31,660 nucleotides of DNA, taken from IMG/VR virus record IMGVR_UViG_3300037286_000238, positions 1 to 31,660 of that record, one strand, 5' to 3'. The position numbers and the translations under genes are program-made. Position 1 is the first letter of the stretch. Every line of letters starts with the position of its first letter. The stretch comes from a virus (Duplodnaviria; Caudoviricetes). A model generated the notes under the pieces. The model was given only the letters and a program-made list of their open reading frames with translations, made no database searches and was not told the origin of the DNA. Positions 16,910-26,828 of this stretch are shown in pieces.

Positions 16910-17980
16910 CTAATACATTGTTTGCTCAAGAGTTTTTGTTTTGTTGTTATATTGTTGATACCAGACAGGAACTTTAAATTCATTTCTAAGTTTATATAAA
17001 TATTTTTGTGCTTCGTCAGTAATAATATTTTCAGAAACTATAATTAGTTTGGTCGCATTGTTTATATCGGGCCAATATGAATATTCCATTAATTGGGACA
17101 ATGCTTCTCTAATACAAAGACGTATAGAGTCTGAAGTTTTAATTTCATAAAAAGTATTTTTACCATTCTTGTTCACTACTATGTCAATTTGTGTCCCAAA
17201 CGGTGTTTGGTTTTCAGCACCAATAAAACCTTTACCATAAACTTTTTCTAAATGTTTGCAGATATTTTTTTTAATAGAATTGTGTTTTAATATAATGGCA
17301 TATTTGCGTTGCCTAGATTCTCCTTCAGTTTCTTCAGGTAAATTGTCATTAAAACCAGCTGCAAATAAAAAATTAGTATTAGATTTAGTTTTATCAAGTT
17401 TGAATTTTTGAGTATCATTTTCGACATACAGATAAGGTTCGAGAAGCTCATCAAAGGTTGATAGAATATTATGAAGATCTGCCTCCTCAATTTCATTCTC
17501 TGATTTATTAAGGTATTTACCGATAAAAATAAACACACCTTCTTCTTTAAGCGAGTCTGGAATCGTCTGGATTTTCAAAATATTACTATGTTTACCATCT
17601 TTATAGTACCAATAAGACATCTCAGAAAACATTTTGGGGTATAATTTTATGTAAGAATTGAATTTGTCAATTCTATCGAAGAAGATTGAGGCATCCTTCA
17701 TAGATTTTCCCTTTTCCAATGAGAATGCTAGACCGTAACGGAATAGATTTCTATGTGATTCAAATCCAATATTAAACTGAAATTCAGATCTACCGCCATA
17801 ATGAAAAGCATACCTATCTTCAATAAAAATGGATTTGTTAGTCTGTGTTTTGTAAACGAAAATTTCCGTGCCGGGAATGGATTTTAAGCCTTTAATGGTT
17901 TTTCTTATACGTTGAAGTGAACCAATTATATAACCAGATGATAACTCATTTAAGCGAAAAGCGATTTCTTTAATATTCAT
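16910..17980 (-). CDS. Putative restriction-like endonuclease: N-terminal unknown domain and C-terminal PD-(D/E)xK domain
   Basis: H..I...E....IDIV.......YEIKT....IREALSQLMEY motif set. Confidence 0.75.
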   Translation of the reverse strand: MNIKEIAFRLNELSSGYIIGSLQRIRKTIKGLKSIPGTEIFVYKTQTNKSIFIEDRYAFHYGGRSEFQFNIGFESHRNLFRYGLAFSLEKGKSMKDASIFFDRIDKFNSYIKLYPKMFSEMSYWYYKDGKHSNILKIQTIPDSLKEEGVFIFIGKYLNKSENEIEEADLHNILSTFDELLEPYLYVENDTQKFKLDKTKSNTNFLFAAGFNDNLPEETEGESRQRKYAIILKHNSIKKNICKHLEKVYGKGFIGAENQTPFGTQIDIVVNKNGKNTFYEIKTSDSIRLCIREALSQLMEYSYWPDINNATKLIIVSENIITDEAQKYLYKLRNEFKVPVWYQQYNNKTKTLEQTMY

Positions 17981-18009
17981 TTAAACCCTTCATTAAAAAT
18001 TTAAAACTA

Positions 18010-18786
18010 CTACTGAGATAAACTCCCCGTTGGATCAGTATTATAGCCACCATTTATCCCAGAGGGAATAACGTATGCTGTTATATCATCACTAATTTGC
18101 TCATTTGGATCAATGTTTATATCAATAGAATTATTTTTACTGATTGTCGCAACTATTATGTCATCACCAACAGTATTATCAACTTTAGAAACCTGCTCTA
18201 TTAAAATTTTAGCAAATTGTTTTGAAATATTTATGGGATATTCGTCTAACCATTTTAAGATGCCTAATTCAGACTTCATTTTTAATGTGAAATCTATTAA
18301 CATATGCCCTAAGGTGTTGTTGCCATTATATAAAGCCTTAAAATTTGAATGATCATATTTTTTAAAATCCTGACGATTATTATTTTGATCTATATCTGGC
18401 CCACGATCTTTACCAAAAAATACATGATATAATTTTGGTTCATTATTTACATTATAACCTGCGATATGAAACCCAATATCGTCATTGTTATCTTTATTTA
18501 TATTTTTTTTCAAAAATTGAAGCAAGGAATCTGCCAAATTAGTAACATCGGTATTAGATAGTTCAAACATAGTTAAATGATGAGAAAGAGTGGTTTCAAT
18601 TGAAGTAAAATCACCCCACATACCAATGCAACCAATATTCTTTAAATGAAATAATTTTCTCTTCTTTTCAAATGATATAAATTGTGTTACAGTATCACCA
18701 ATAGTAGATATACCAGTTAATGTTTTTCTACTATCAGCTGCCATAATAATCCCAGCAGGATGAATTATTGATAATATTAATGACAT
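18010..18786 (-). CDS. Ntn-hydrolase, proteasome-beta/HslV-like fold, with an N-terminal Ser nucleophile
   Basis: M-SLILS...GIIMAADSR.T, RKLF, GFHIAGY and TVG..I.VATI motifs. Confidence 0.72.
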   Translation of the reverse strand: MSLILSIIHPAGIIMAADSRKTLTGISTIGDTVTQFISFEKKRKLFHLKNIGCIGMWGDFTSIETTLSHHLTMFELSNTDVTNLADSLLQFLKKNINKDNNDDIGFHIAGYNVNNEPKLYHVFFGKDRGPDIDQNNNRQDFKKYDHSNFKALYNGNNTLGHMLIDFTLKMKSELGILKWLDEYPINISKQFAKILIEQVSKVDNTVGDDIIVATISKNNSIDINIDPNEQISDDITAYVIPSGINGGYNTDPTGSLSQ

Positions 18787-18819
18787 AGTTTAGCTCATAC
18801 GGCTTTCATTTGTTTAGTT

Positions 18820-21800
18820 TTAATGAACACCAAACTTCTCATAATCTTCCTTTGAAATAATTTTCTCTATTTCAGGGTCTATTATTTTAACTTCTTCATA
18901 AGTTAAGTTGTACAGCTTGTAAACCATTATATCTATTTGATCTTCTAATTGCTTTGTATTTGCTTGAGGATTTTGATTTTTTAAATTTTCTATTTTTTCC
19001 ACTACACTTATAATTTTTTCTTGTTCTTTTTTATCTGCTAATGGAATAGGTACTTGTTGAATATAAAAATTATAGAAGTGCATGGTTCTTATAGCTCGAC
19101 AATAAATGAAATTGTAAGCAAACCAGCTGACAAATTTTGTATTAAGATAACCGAGCCAAAATTTAGCGTAAATAGAATCATCCAAAACAAAAGACATTAA
19201 AGTATTTGTTATTATAATACCCTCTGCATCATAACAAGCTGTGATCTTAAGATGGGGATTTGGATTTTCAATGTGAGCAACAATTACTTGAGAAAGAACT
19301 TTTGGAACTAAAAACTCTGAAGCGACATCCCAATTTAGTTTTTGATGGTTAGCCAAGAATCTATTAGATCTCACTTTATATCGTTCAATATCAATACCTT
19401 TAAGTAACTTATATTTTTTGGGTTCATCCGAAAAGAAATCAGTACCAATAGCTAGGCCTAACTTTCCTTGGACAAGAGATTTTTCAGTTTGATTTATATG
19501 AATTTTTTCTATCAAAGAAGCTGGATATAATGTTTTATATATCTGAAAAGTATTATGACGCGTAAGAATCTCTTGAAATGGTACTAAATTAAAAGACTCT
19601 ATAACGTTTTCCTTTGTTAAAAAATTTAATGAAACATTACCTGCATTAGATACTTTTTTAAGCCCAAAAACAGAAGCTTCAAGAAGTACGTTTGCAAAAG
19701 ATTTGCTAGTATCTAATATGTATTTGAGATTGAACTTTTGCCAGTAGTTTACCCTCAAATCTTCCCACGCATCACCATACAATGATTTTTTTGGTATAAT
19801 AAAAGTTAAAATACCATTTGCTTTTGTATATCTGTTAAAACAAATTTTAGAAAATAATTCAGCACTATCGCCACTTGCAAATTCGATAAGTGCAATTTTC
19901 CTGAAATAATTTTTCTCATCTTTTGATAAAACAGTCCTAAAGCCATAAGGTGGATTTCCTATTACTATATCAAAAACTTCATTAAGTCCAAACATCCAAA
20001 ATGGATCGAACCATTCATTTTTTTCGACTTTGAATGGATTCCAGTTTACAAGCAAGGTGACTGCTTTAGTATTTTTAGTTGACCACTCCCGTTGTTTTAT
20101 ACTGATACTGTTTTGTAATTCTTTGAATTCTTTTTCTATTTGTAATTTTCTTTTAGCTGATGCACTAAAGAATTCAGTTCTTAGTTGTTTGAGTTTTTCA
20201 AAATCATTTGCTGAAGTACCGAGTGAATCTTGAACCATAGGTGGTAAACCGATTAGCGTATTTACACAAACAAACTTAAAATCAAGATTTGGAAGATTTG
20301 CTATACCCCAATTAGATTTCTTTTTGTCAACCTCTTCATCAATAATTAAACTTAACCAACAACGGAGACGTGAAAGTTCGACTGCCATTGGTTGAATGTC
20401 GCAGCCATAGATGGAATTGAGAATTGTTTGGAGTTTTAGATCGTAAACGGAAACACCTCTTTGTGCCTTATCAAGTGGCGATAGCTGTAACTTTAAAGCA
20501 ATAAGTTTTTGAAGCATACCGATTGGAAAAGCACCTGAGCCGCAAGCAGGATCGAGAACTTTTACATCATTCAATTTTCCAAATATTTCAGTAGAATAAG
20601 GCTTTAGTACTTCAGGAAATTCCGCTGTGTGAACGAAGTCTTCAATTACTGATGCTTCGACGCCGCTCAGTGTTATATTACTTTTTAAGTATTCAGAGAT
20701 AGATTGTTCTACCATATAATCAACTATTTCACGAGGAGTGTAATAAGAACCAGTTGATTTACGATCAGATGCGGCTTCCTTGGTTACAGGATTTTGTTCG
20801 GCTAATAAGTTTTCAAAAATACGACCAAGCATTTCAGGATCGATTGCAATTTCTGAACTTGCAGATGTGTTTTCATCTATTGTGAAATTATATTTTTCAA
20901 GTGTGTTCTTAAAAAGTTCATTGAACCAATTGTTATCAATGATAACTTTTCCTTTGTAGTCGCCGTAATCTCCTTCTTGAGCTTCGAACAAACCACCATT
21001 TAAGAATGGGTAGTCTTTAATTTCATTAGGAAGTTTATCTCTTTCTTTTTGAGGTGTGTTAAATACTTCAAAGAACAATTTTTCCAGAAATTCGAGATAG
21101 TAATTATCATATTTTGATATTGCATTCGAAGAGAGTACAGATTCAGCGATTATATTTTTCTTTTTTAAGAACCAACTAAAAATAATCCTACCGATTAAGC
21201 GAACAGCGAATTGTTTACGAGCCTCTTCAATCCTAATAGAACCTTTGAAAACCTTATCATTTATAAGGCTATCAAATGAGGTTTTAATATCAAGATAGAA
21301 CTTTTTATTTACTACAGAAATATCGAATGATTTCCAGAGGGCTTTCCACAACTCGTTGGGTTCAACAAAAAGTTGAGCTACTTTTTTATGAACTTCATCC
21401 AGGATAAAATCATAAGTTTTATAGTAAGGCTGATTTATGCCGAAAGGTAAAGTTTTAAGAACGATCTTCTTACCTTCTTTGCCGGAAAGCACTACTTTAA
21501 ATTCAGTATTGGAAGGATTGCCAAGAAACCATACAACATATCTTTCAGCCGTCGAGCCACCGATAAATTTTTTGGTTACTTTTTCAATATTTGATTTGGA
21601 GAGCTTTTCATCTCTTAATTTTGCGAATAGAACAAGTAGCTGGGAAGTCTGTCCTTTTTTTAATGCAATTGTTCTGATGTCTTTTTGTGTAGCGAAGTTT
21701 GGGTGGTCTTCGAATATACGGAGCGTTTCACCACCAAATAAATTTTGCTGAACATTAGCAGGAATTACGGCTTCCCAATTAACAGGATCTGTAATACCAA

Positions 21801-21876
21801 ATTCACTAATAAGTGAAGTAGTAAGTGCCTGATAATCTAATTTAGATTTATTCTCTACAAGATTTCTGATTGACAT
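18820..21876 (-). CDS. Large N6-adenine DNA methyltransferase with C-terminal TRD (Eco57I/type IIG-like)
   Basis: FLNGGLF, DPEMLGRIFE, TGSYYTP, motif I VLDPACGSGAF, motif IV IGNPPY and a TaqI-C-like tail. Confidence 0.92.
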   Translation of the reverse strand: MSIRNLVENKSKLDYQALTTSLISEFGITDPVNWEAVIPANVQQNLFGGETLRIFEDHPNFATQKDIRTIALKKGQTSQLLVLFAKLRDEKLSKSNIEKVTKKFIGGSTAERYVVWFLGNPSNTEFKVVLSGKEGKKIVLKTLPFGINQPYYKTYDFILDEVHKKVAQLFVEPNELWKALWKSFDISVVNKKFYLDIKTSFDSLINDKVFKGSIRIEEARKQFAVRLIGRIIFSWFLKKKNIIAESVLSSNAISKYDNYYLEFLEKLFFEVFNTPQKERDKLPNEIKDYPFLNGGLFEAQEGDYGDYKGKVIIDNNWFNELFKNTLEKYNFTIDENTSASSEIAIDPEMLGRIFENLLAEQNPVTKEAASDRKSTGSYYTPREIVDYMVEQSISEYLKSNITLSGVEASVIEDFVHTAEFPEVLKPYSTEIFGKLNDVKVLDPACGSGAFPIGMLQKLIALKLQLSPLDKAQRGVSVYDLKLQTILNSIYGCDIQPMAVELSRLRCWLSLIIDEEVDKKKSNWGIANLPNLDFKFVCVNTLIGLPPMVQDSLGTSANDFEKLKQLRTEFFSASAKRKLQIEKEFKELQNSISIKQREWSTKNTKAVTLLVNWNPFKVEKNEWFDPFWMFGLNEVFDIVIGNPPYGFRTVLSKDEKNYFRKIALIEFASGDSAELFSKICFNRYTKANGILTFIIPKKSLYGDAWEDLRVNYWQKFNLKYILDTSKSFANVLLEASVFGLKKVSNAGNVSLNFLTKENVIESFNLVPFQEILTRHNTFQIYKTLYPASLIEKIHINQTEKSLVQGKLGLAIGTDFFSDEPKKYKLLKGIDIERYKVRSNRFLANHQKLNWDVASEFLVPKVLSQVIVAHIENPNPHLKITACYDAEGIIITNTLMSFVLDDSIYAKFWLGYLNTKFVSWFAYNFIYCRAIRTMHFYNFYIQQVPIPLADKKEQEKIISVVEKIENLKNQNPQANTKQLEDQIDIMVYKLYNLTYEEVKIIDPEIEKIISKEDYEKFGVH

Positions 21877-21880
21877 AATT

Positions 21881-23017
21881 TTATTTTCTAAACAAGTTTA
21901 TGTAATCCTGAAAGACAAACAGTCTATTTCTTTTTTGACCAGTTACTTCAAATAGAATTTTTAATCTTACAAGTTCATTAATCATTGTATTGGCAGTTTG
22001 CTTCGAAATACCCAGCTCATCAACCAGATAACTAAGATTGATTATCGGATACTTATAAAGATAATTGATTACATTTTTAGCTAATGGAAGCCTTCTGCCA
22101 AGAGTAACAATTTTTTTATCTTCAATTTCCGTGCGCAGCTGCAGTATTTTCTGAAAAGTATCCACACCATTTTTTGAGGTCTCTATTATACCACTAAGAA
22201 AAAATTTAATCCATTGAGTCATATCATTTTTTGTGCGGACAATTGTGAGATTATCATAATATAATTGTCTATTCTTTTCAAAAAAATCCGAAAGATATAA
22301 AGTGGGTTTTGATAGAAGACTATTAGCCACCAGGTAAAGTGTAATTAATAGACGACCAACTCTACCGTTACCATCTAAGAAAGGATGGATAGTTTCAAAC
22401 TGATAATGTGAGATTGCAATTTTAATGAGATGCGGGACATTTATATTTTCATTGTTCATAAATAATTCAAGATCGCTGAGAAGTTCAGGCATATCTGAAT
22501 GATGTGGAGGAATAAAAACAGCATCCTTAATTGTGGCACCACCAATCCAATTCTGGCTTGAACGGTATTCGCCGGGTAATTTGTCTTTACCACGAGTATT
22601 TTCAATCAAAATCTTATGCGCCTGTCTTATAAGGCGAGAAGAAACAGGAAGGGTAGAAAGTGAATCAACCGCATTGTTCATTGCAGCGATATAATTTTGG
22701 ACCTCGCGCCAATCATCACGTTTCTCTGGCGAAATATCTTTTTCTTTCAGGACTGCATCATCAATATGAGTTTGAGTTCCTTCAATACGACTAGAAGTAG
22801 TTGCTTCCTTGACAATATGCATTCTGATGAAGAGATCTACATCCGGTACTATTGAAGAAAAAGCATTTAATTCACCAAGCTTAAGATTTGCTTCTTCAAG
22901 CATTTTGTTTAGAACCGGATTACTAACTATCCACTCTTTGTTGATTTTTTCCGGCAAAAAACTTTTATACTGATATTGAGGTATGTAAATACCAGATTTA
23001 AAGTCCTTTATATCCAT
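21881..23017 (-). CDS. fic: Fic family protein (class II, N-terminal inhibitory helix, C-terminal wHTH)
   Basis: HPFLDGNGRVGR catalytic motif and SSRIEG inhibitory motif. Confidence 0.95.
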   Translation of the reverse strand: MDIKDFKSGIYIPQYQYKSFLPEKINKEWIVSNPVLNKMLEEANLKLGELNAFSSIVPDVDLFIRMHIVKEATTSSRIEGTQTHIDDAVLKEKDISPEKRDDWREVQNYIAAMNNAVDSLSTLPVSSRLIRQAHKILIENTRGKDKLPGEYRSSQNWIGGATIKDAVFIPPHHSDMPELLSDLELFMNNENINVPHLIKIAISHYQFETIHPFLDGNGRVGRLLITLYLVANSLLSKPTLYLSDFFEKNRQLYYDNLTIVRTKNDMTQWIKFFLSGIIETSKNGVDTFQKILQLRTEIEDKKIVTLGRRLPLAKNVINYLYKYPIINLSYLVDELGISKQTANTMINELVRLKILFEVTGQKRNRLFVFQDYINLFRK

Positions 23018-23050
23018 ATATTCTAATACTCAATAATTTTCAATTAAAAA

Positions 23051-23116
23051 TTAGACTAAACAATAGACATAGTCAAGGTTTTATCAATAAGTTAGACTAA
23101 GAATTTTTATAGTCAA
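23051..23116 (-). promoter_or_regulatory. Tandem dyad operators/promoters upstream of fic
   Basis: TTAGACTAA-N8/9-ATAGTCAA occurs twice (23051-76 and 23092-116). Each copy contains TTGACT on the - strand. Confidence 0.55.
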
Positions 23117-23173
23117 AGATAATAAATTCATTAAAGGAATGATTATATAAAAACAGTTAAAAAGGATAAAAAG

Positions 23174-26100
23174 CTAAATATTGTAATATCCATACCAGAA
23201 TATTGGTTCCGGTAATGTTTCCGGTTTATCATTAGTTAAAAGATGATTACTGATAATGGCAAGATTATCGAGAAAGTCTATTGTTACTTTGCCATCATTA
23301 CGGCGAATAAAATTCCTCAAACGATTTTCAAGAGGCAAATAATTAGGGCGTGATAACAACATTCTCATTCTGTTAATATTATCAGTTGAATAATTATCTA
23401 GGTTTTCATTCAATAGTAATAGCAACTCTTCTCTGTAAGAGGAAAGCGAAGCAGCCCCAGCGGTTCTACGTACACCCTGAAAATCTGAAAGATCTTCAAA
23501 ATCCATTGCAAGCTGATAAGATTTTTCTGCGTCGAAAAATTTCTTAGCTAGTATTTTACTTTCCGAAATTTCATAATCAGAAATCTTTACTACCTGGCGT
23601 TCTTTATCAAAACTACGAATTATTGATAAAGCTTTAAGATGATTTTTTTCTTCCGCAACTTTATTTGATTCCTCACGAATAAAACGAAATTCACCTTTGG
23701 CAATATTAAAGATAAGCAGCTTTTCATTTGCATTCAGTTTATTTAACTCACACCACTTTTCGAGGTTGAGATTTCTAATCCGTTCTTTTTCTTCATCTGA
23801 TGCTTTACGCATAAACACCCGCAGATCATTTTCAAATACCTCATCAAATGCTAAATCATTTTCTCTTTCAAGAGACTCAATAGCTTGCTTTTGCTTTTCG
23901 GGATCATCGCTGTAGATATTTTCAATCAAGCCAAATTGTTTAGGGGTTATATTCTCACCAAGCACACTGCTATCAAGGCCAACACTTGCACCAATAACTT
24001 GAATTTTCTCCTGAAGCTTTAACATAAGACGGAGGAATTTATCAAGCTGATCTTCGGGACGAAAATTGAATATTTTTACTTGCTCAAAAACGGAACCCAA
24101 ACGATTTATACGACCATTACGCTGAACCATTTTAACAGGATTCCAATGCAAATCGTAATTAATTATAATACCGCAATCCTGTAAATTTTGTCCTTCGCTT
24201 AATACATCAGTTGAACAAAGCAGTTTGATTTCTTTTTCACCATTAACCAACCCATTTATTACTGTTTGGTTTTGTGCTATTGGTGCAAACCGTTTTACAT
24301 AAGCAGATTTGTACTTACCGGTTTTACTTTTGAGGAATGCAATTTCTTCATTTGCAATTTCTAATGTATCTAAATATTCAGCCTGTAATTCTTGTTTAAG
24401 ATAATCGACGGTAGTTGCGAAGTAAGAGAAAATTAATACTTTACTGCCCTTGAGTGTGCGGAGTAATGCTTTTAAGCGAAGCAGCTTAGTATCCGTTGTA
24501 ACTGAGGCAAGAACTTTATTTATGAGTTCAATGATTTCTCTGTCCTGCTTAATAAAGTTTTTAATGTGGCCAGTATTATAATCATCAAGGTTTATTTCAA
24601 GGAATGCTTTTTCCGGATTTTCTTCTATATGATTCTGACGATAATTAAATTTTTCAATCTCTTCATAAATTAAATCAATAACATCTTCATCAGACTCTTC
24701 TAAATGTCTATTAAGAGCTTTAGTAATTATAGCTGGTTTAACAAGAATTTTCTTAGTGAAGAATAATTTTTCAAACTGTTCAAGGTAGTTAGAATATCTT
24801 TCAATCCTTTTCTTGAAAGTAAATATTGAAGAATCAAAAGACTTGAACATCGTTACCTTCATAACACCCGTCAAGTTTTTTCGTGATTTTGCTTGAGCTT
24901 CTTCATCTGCAGTTTTAATGAGTTTTTCACTTAGATAACTATATGGAACAAGTTTAAGACCTTTAATTGCTCTATCAATAAAATGGAAAACAGATTCGTA
25001 TTCTGTTTGATGTTTTTTGATAGTTTCTTTTTTAAGTTTGAAAAATTCCTCAAGCCCTAATTTATCCTCCTCTAATTCATCATCATCGGTTAAATCATTT
25101 GTAAAGTGTTTATAGAGTTTAGATTTTGAATCTTCTAAAAAATTTATCTCATCACTAATTACTTTACGAATATTTTTACTGTCTAATTCATAAAGAATAT
25201 TCTCAAGCTTTTCTTCAGGAAATATTATTTTTTTACCATTCAAAGTAGCATCGGGAAAATCTTTTTTTACCTGGTGCTTTGTCCTCTTAACCATAATCTT
25301 ATTTAATATGGGGTATAATTCTGAGAAGACTTCTTCTGAACCGTTTCGGCGAAATTCACTTTGAGTCTTACGGAAAAAATTTAATATGCTTTCTATGCCG
25401 ATTGAGCTAAAAAATTTATCCTGGCTACCTTTTGCTAAAAATATTTGATTTGCCAGATCTTTGATACCATTATTAACTGGAGTAGCAGTAAGCATTAGAA
25501 CTTTAGGCAACTGATTGCAAAACTCTTTATTAGAAATTAACTCAAGCAAGTTTTGAAAAGATTTACTTGCCTGAGTTTTAAGATTGTGCGATTCATCTAT
25601 AACTAATAAATCAATTGCATTATCTCTTTTAGAACGTTCTTTACGTTTTAGCAGCTCTTGTTTAATTTGAGTAAAACTGTCTTCAAGGGCAAATTCAGTA
25701 ATTGAATAAATTGGGGCATTAACCGTAATTTCATTTAAGTGATTTGTCCAATCCTCTCTGAGGGAGGCGGGGCATATAACGAGTACATTTTGCCTGAGTG
25801 AATAACCATATTTTTCAATAATATCCATTGCTATATATGACTTACCTAAACCAACGCTATCGGCCAATAAACACATACCAATTTTGGGATTGTTTAACCG
25901 ATGAAGAATTTTACGAACGCTCTCTTCCTGAAATAATGTTAAATCAATCCGGCTTTCATAAAATTTATCAGCTCTTAATGTCTCTTCAATTTCAATATCT
26001 TCCCCATAAATTTCGTATAATATTTTCATATACAATTCAAAGGGCGAATAACTAAGATTGCCAAACTTGCTTAATCCAAGTATCTCTATTTTGAATTCCT

Positions 26101-26704
26101 CAGTCCAATCAACACTGGCCTCATCATTCCATAATTTGTTAAACCAACTGCGGTGACTTGGATCCTGATCAACAGCTTTGGGTAAATAATTAACTATGCG
26201 ATGATCATATTCAACATCATTAAGTTCAGTGTTACCAAGTAAGCCATTTCGGGTAAAGTTTGAACTACCTATAATACCAATTGCATTTTCAGCCTCTGAA
26301 CCGAGTATATAACATTTTGCGTGAAGGAATGATTTCTTATAAAGTTTAATTTTGATGCGTCCGGTTTCAATATACTTTCCAATAAACTCAACGACATCCT
26401 TAAACTCAGGTTTGAATGGTAAATCTGAAAGATCAGCTTTCAGATACTTTTCTGGGAATGAAGTATCGAGCTGCGAGACTCTGATTTTTGGCTCTTCGCC
26501 AATTAAGAAACGAATTTCTGAAAAAAGATTGTTACTTAAAAAATGTTCTAATGCAGTTTTAAGTTCCAGGACGGCAGGCAAATCCCAGTAACCAGTAGCT
26601 ACACTGAATTGTGTAAATCTGCCAGAGGATAGATTTTCTGATAAGAAACCCTTTACTTCAAACGAAGCGGCTGAGTTGTCTAGAATTTTTGATTGATTAC
26701 TCAT
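23174..26704 (-). CDS. SNF2-family helicase with N-terminal PLD (HKD-type) nuclease domain; probable restriction subunit partnering the MTase
   Basis: LHAKCY...GSSNFT, LADSVGLGKS, IDESHN, LTATP, SEGQNLQ and QRNGRINR motifs. Confidence 0.92.
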   Translation of the reverse strand: MSNQSKILDNSAASFEVKGFLSENLSSGRFTQFSVATGYWDLPAVLELKTALEHFLSNNLFSEIRFLIGEEPKIRVSQLDTSFPEKYLKADLSDLPFKPEFKDVVEFIGKYIETGRIKIKLYKKSFLHAKCYILGSEAENAIGIIGSSNFTRNGLLGNTELNDVEYDHRIVNYLPKAVDQDPSHRSWFNKLWNDEASVDWTEEFKIEILGLSKFGNLSYSPFELYMKILYEIYGEDIEIEETLRADKFYESRIDLTLFQEESVRKILHRLNNPKIGMCLLADSVGLGKSYIAMDIIEKYGYSLRQNVLVICPASLREDWTNHLNEITVNAPIYSITEFALEDSFTQIKQELLKRKERSKRDNAIDLLVIDESHNLKTQASKSFQNLLELISNKEFCNQLPKVLMLTATPVNNGIKDLANQIFLAKGSQDKFFSSIGIESILNFFRKTQSEFRRNGSEEVFSELYPILNKIMVKRTKHQVKKDFPDATLNGKKIIFPEEKLENILYELDSKNIRKVISDEINFLEDSKSKLYKHFTNDLTDDDELEEDKLGLEEFFKLKKETIKKHQTEYESVFHFIDRAIKGLKLVPYSYLSEKLIKTADEEAQAKSRKNLTGVMKVTMFKSFDSSIFTFKKRIERYSNYLEQFEKLFFTKKILVKPAIITKALNRHLEESDEDVIDLIYEEIEKFNYRQNHIEENPEKAFLEINLDDYNTGHIKNFIKQDREIIELINKVLASVTTDTKLLRLKALLRTLKGSKVLIFSYFATTVDYLKQELQAEYLDTLEIANEEIAFLKSKTGKYKSAYVKRFAPIAQNQTVINGLVNGEKEIKLLCSTDVLSEGQNLQDCGIIINYDLHWNPVKMVQRNGRINRLGSVFEQVKIFNFRPEDQLDKFLRLMLKLQEKIQVIGASVGLDSSVLGENITPKQFGLIENIYSDDPEKQKQAIESLERENDLAFDEVFENDLRVFMRKASDEEKERIRNLNLEKWCELNKLNANEKLLIFNIAKGEFRFIREESNKVAEEKNHLKALSIIRSFDKERQVVKISDYEISESKILAKKFFDAEKSYQLAMDFEDLSDFQGVRRTAGAASLSSYREELLLLLNENLDNYSTDNINRMRMLLSRPNYLPLENRLRNFIRRNDGKVTIDFLDNLAIISNHLLTNDKPETLPEPIFWYGYYNI

Positions 26705-26828
26705 TAAGGGAAATTTTTTACTGTTTTAACAAAAATAGCAATTAAAATTTATGTATTACATAAGAATTATAATAATTTTGAAAATAAATTCTTGAATAAA
26801 TTAGTTAAAAACAGCTTGAGAATTAATT

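Noticed and set aside
18010-18100. C-terminal TDPTG of the Ntn hydrolase as a Connectase-like (KDPGA) self-substrate
   Set aside because: Only a two-residue match in a low-complexity tail; too weak.
18820-26704. Complete DISARM or BREX system
   Set aside because: No DrmA/DrmB (DUF1998), PglZ or BrxC genes recognised.
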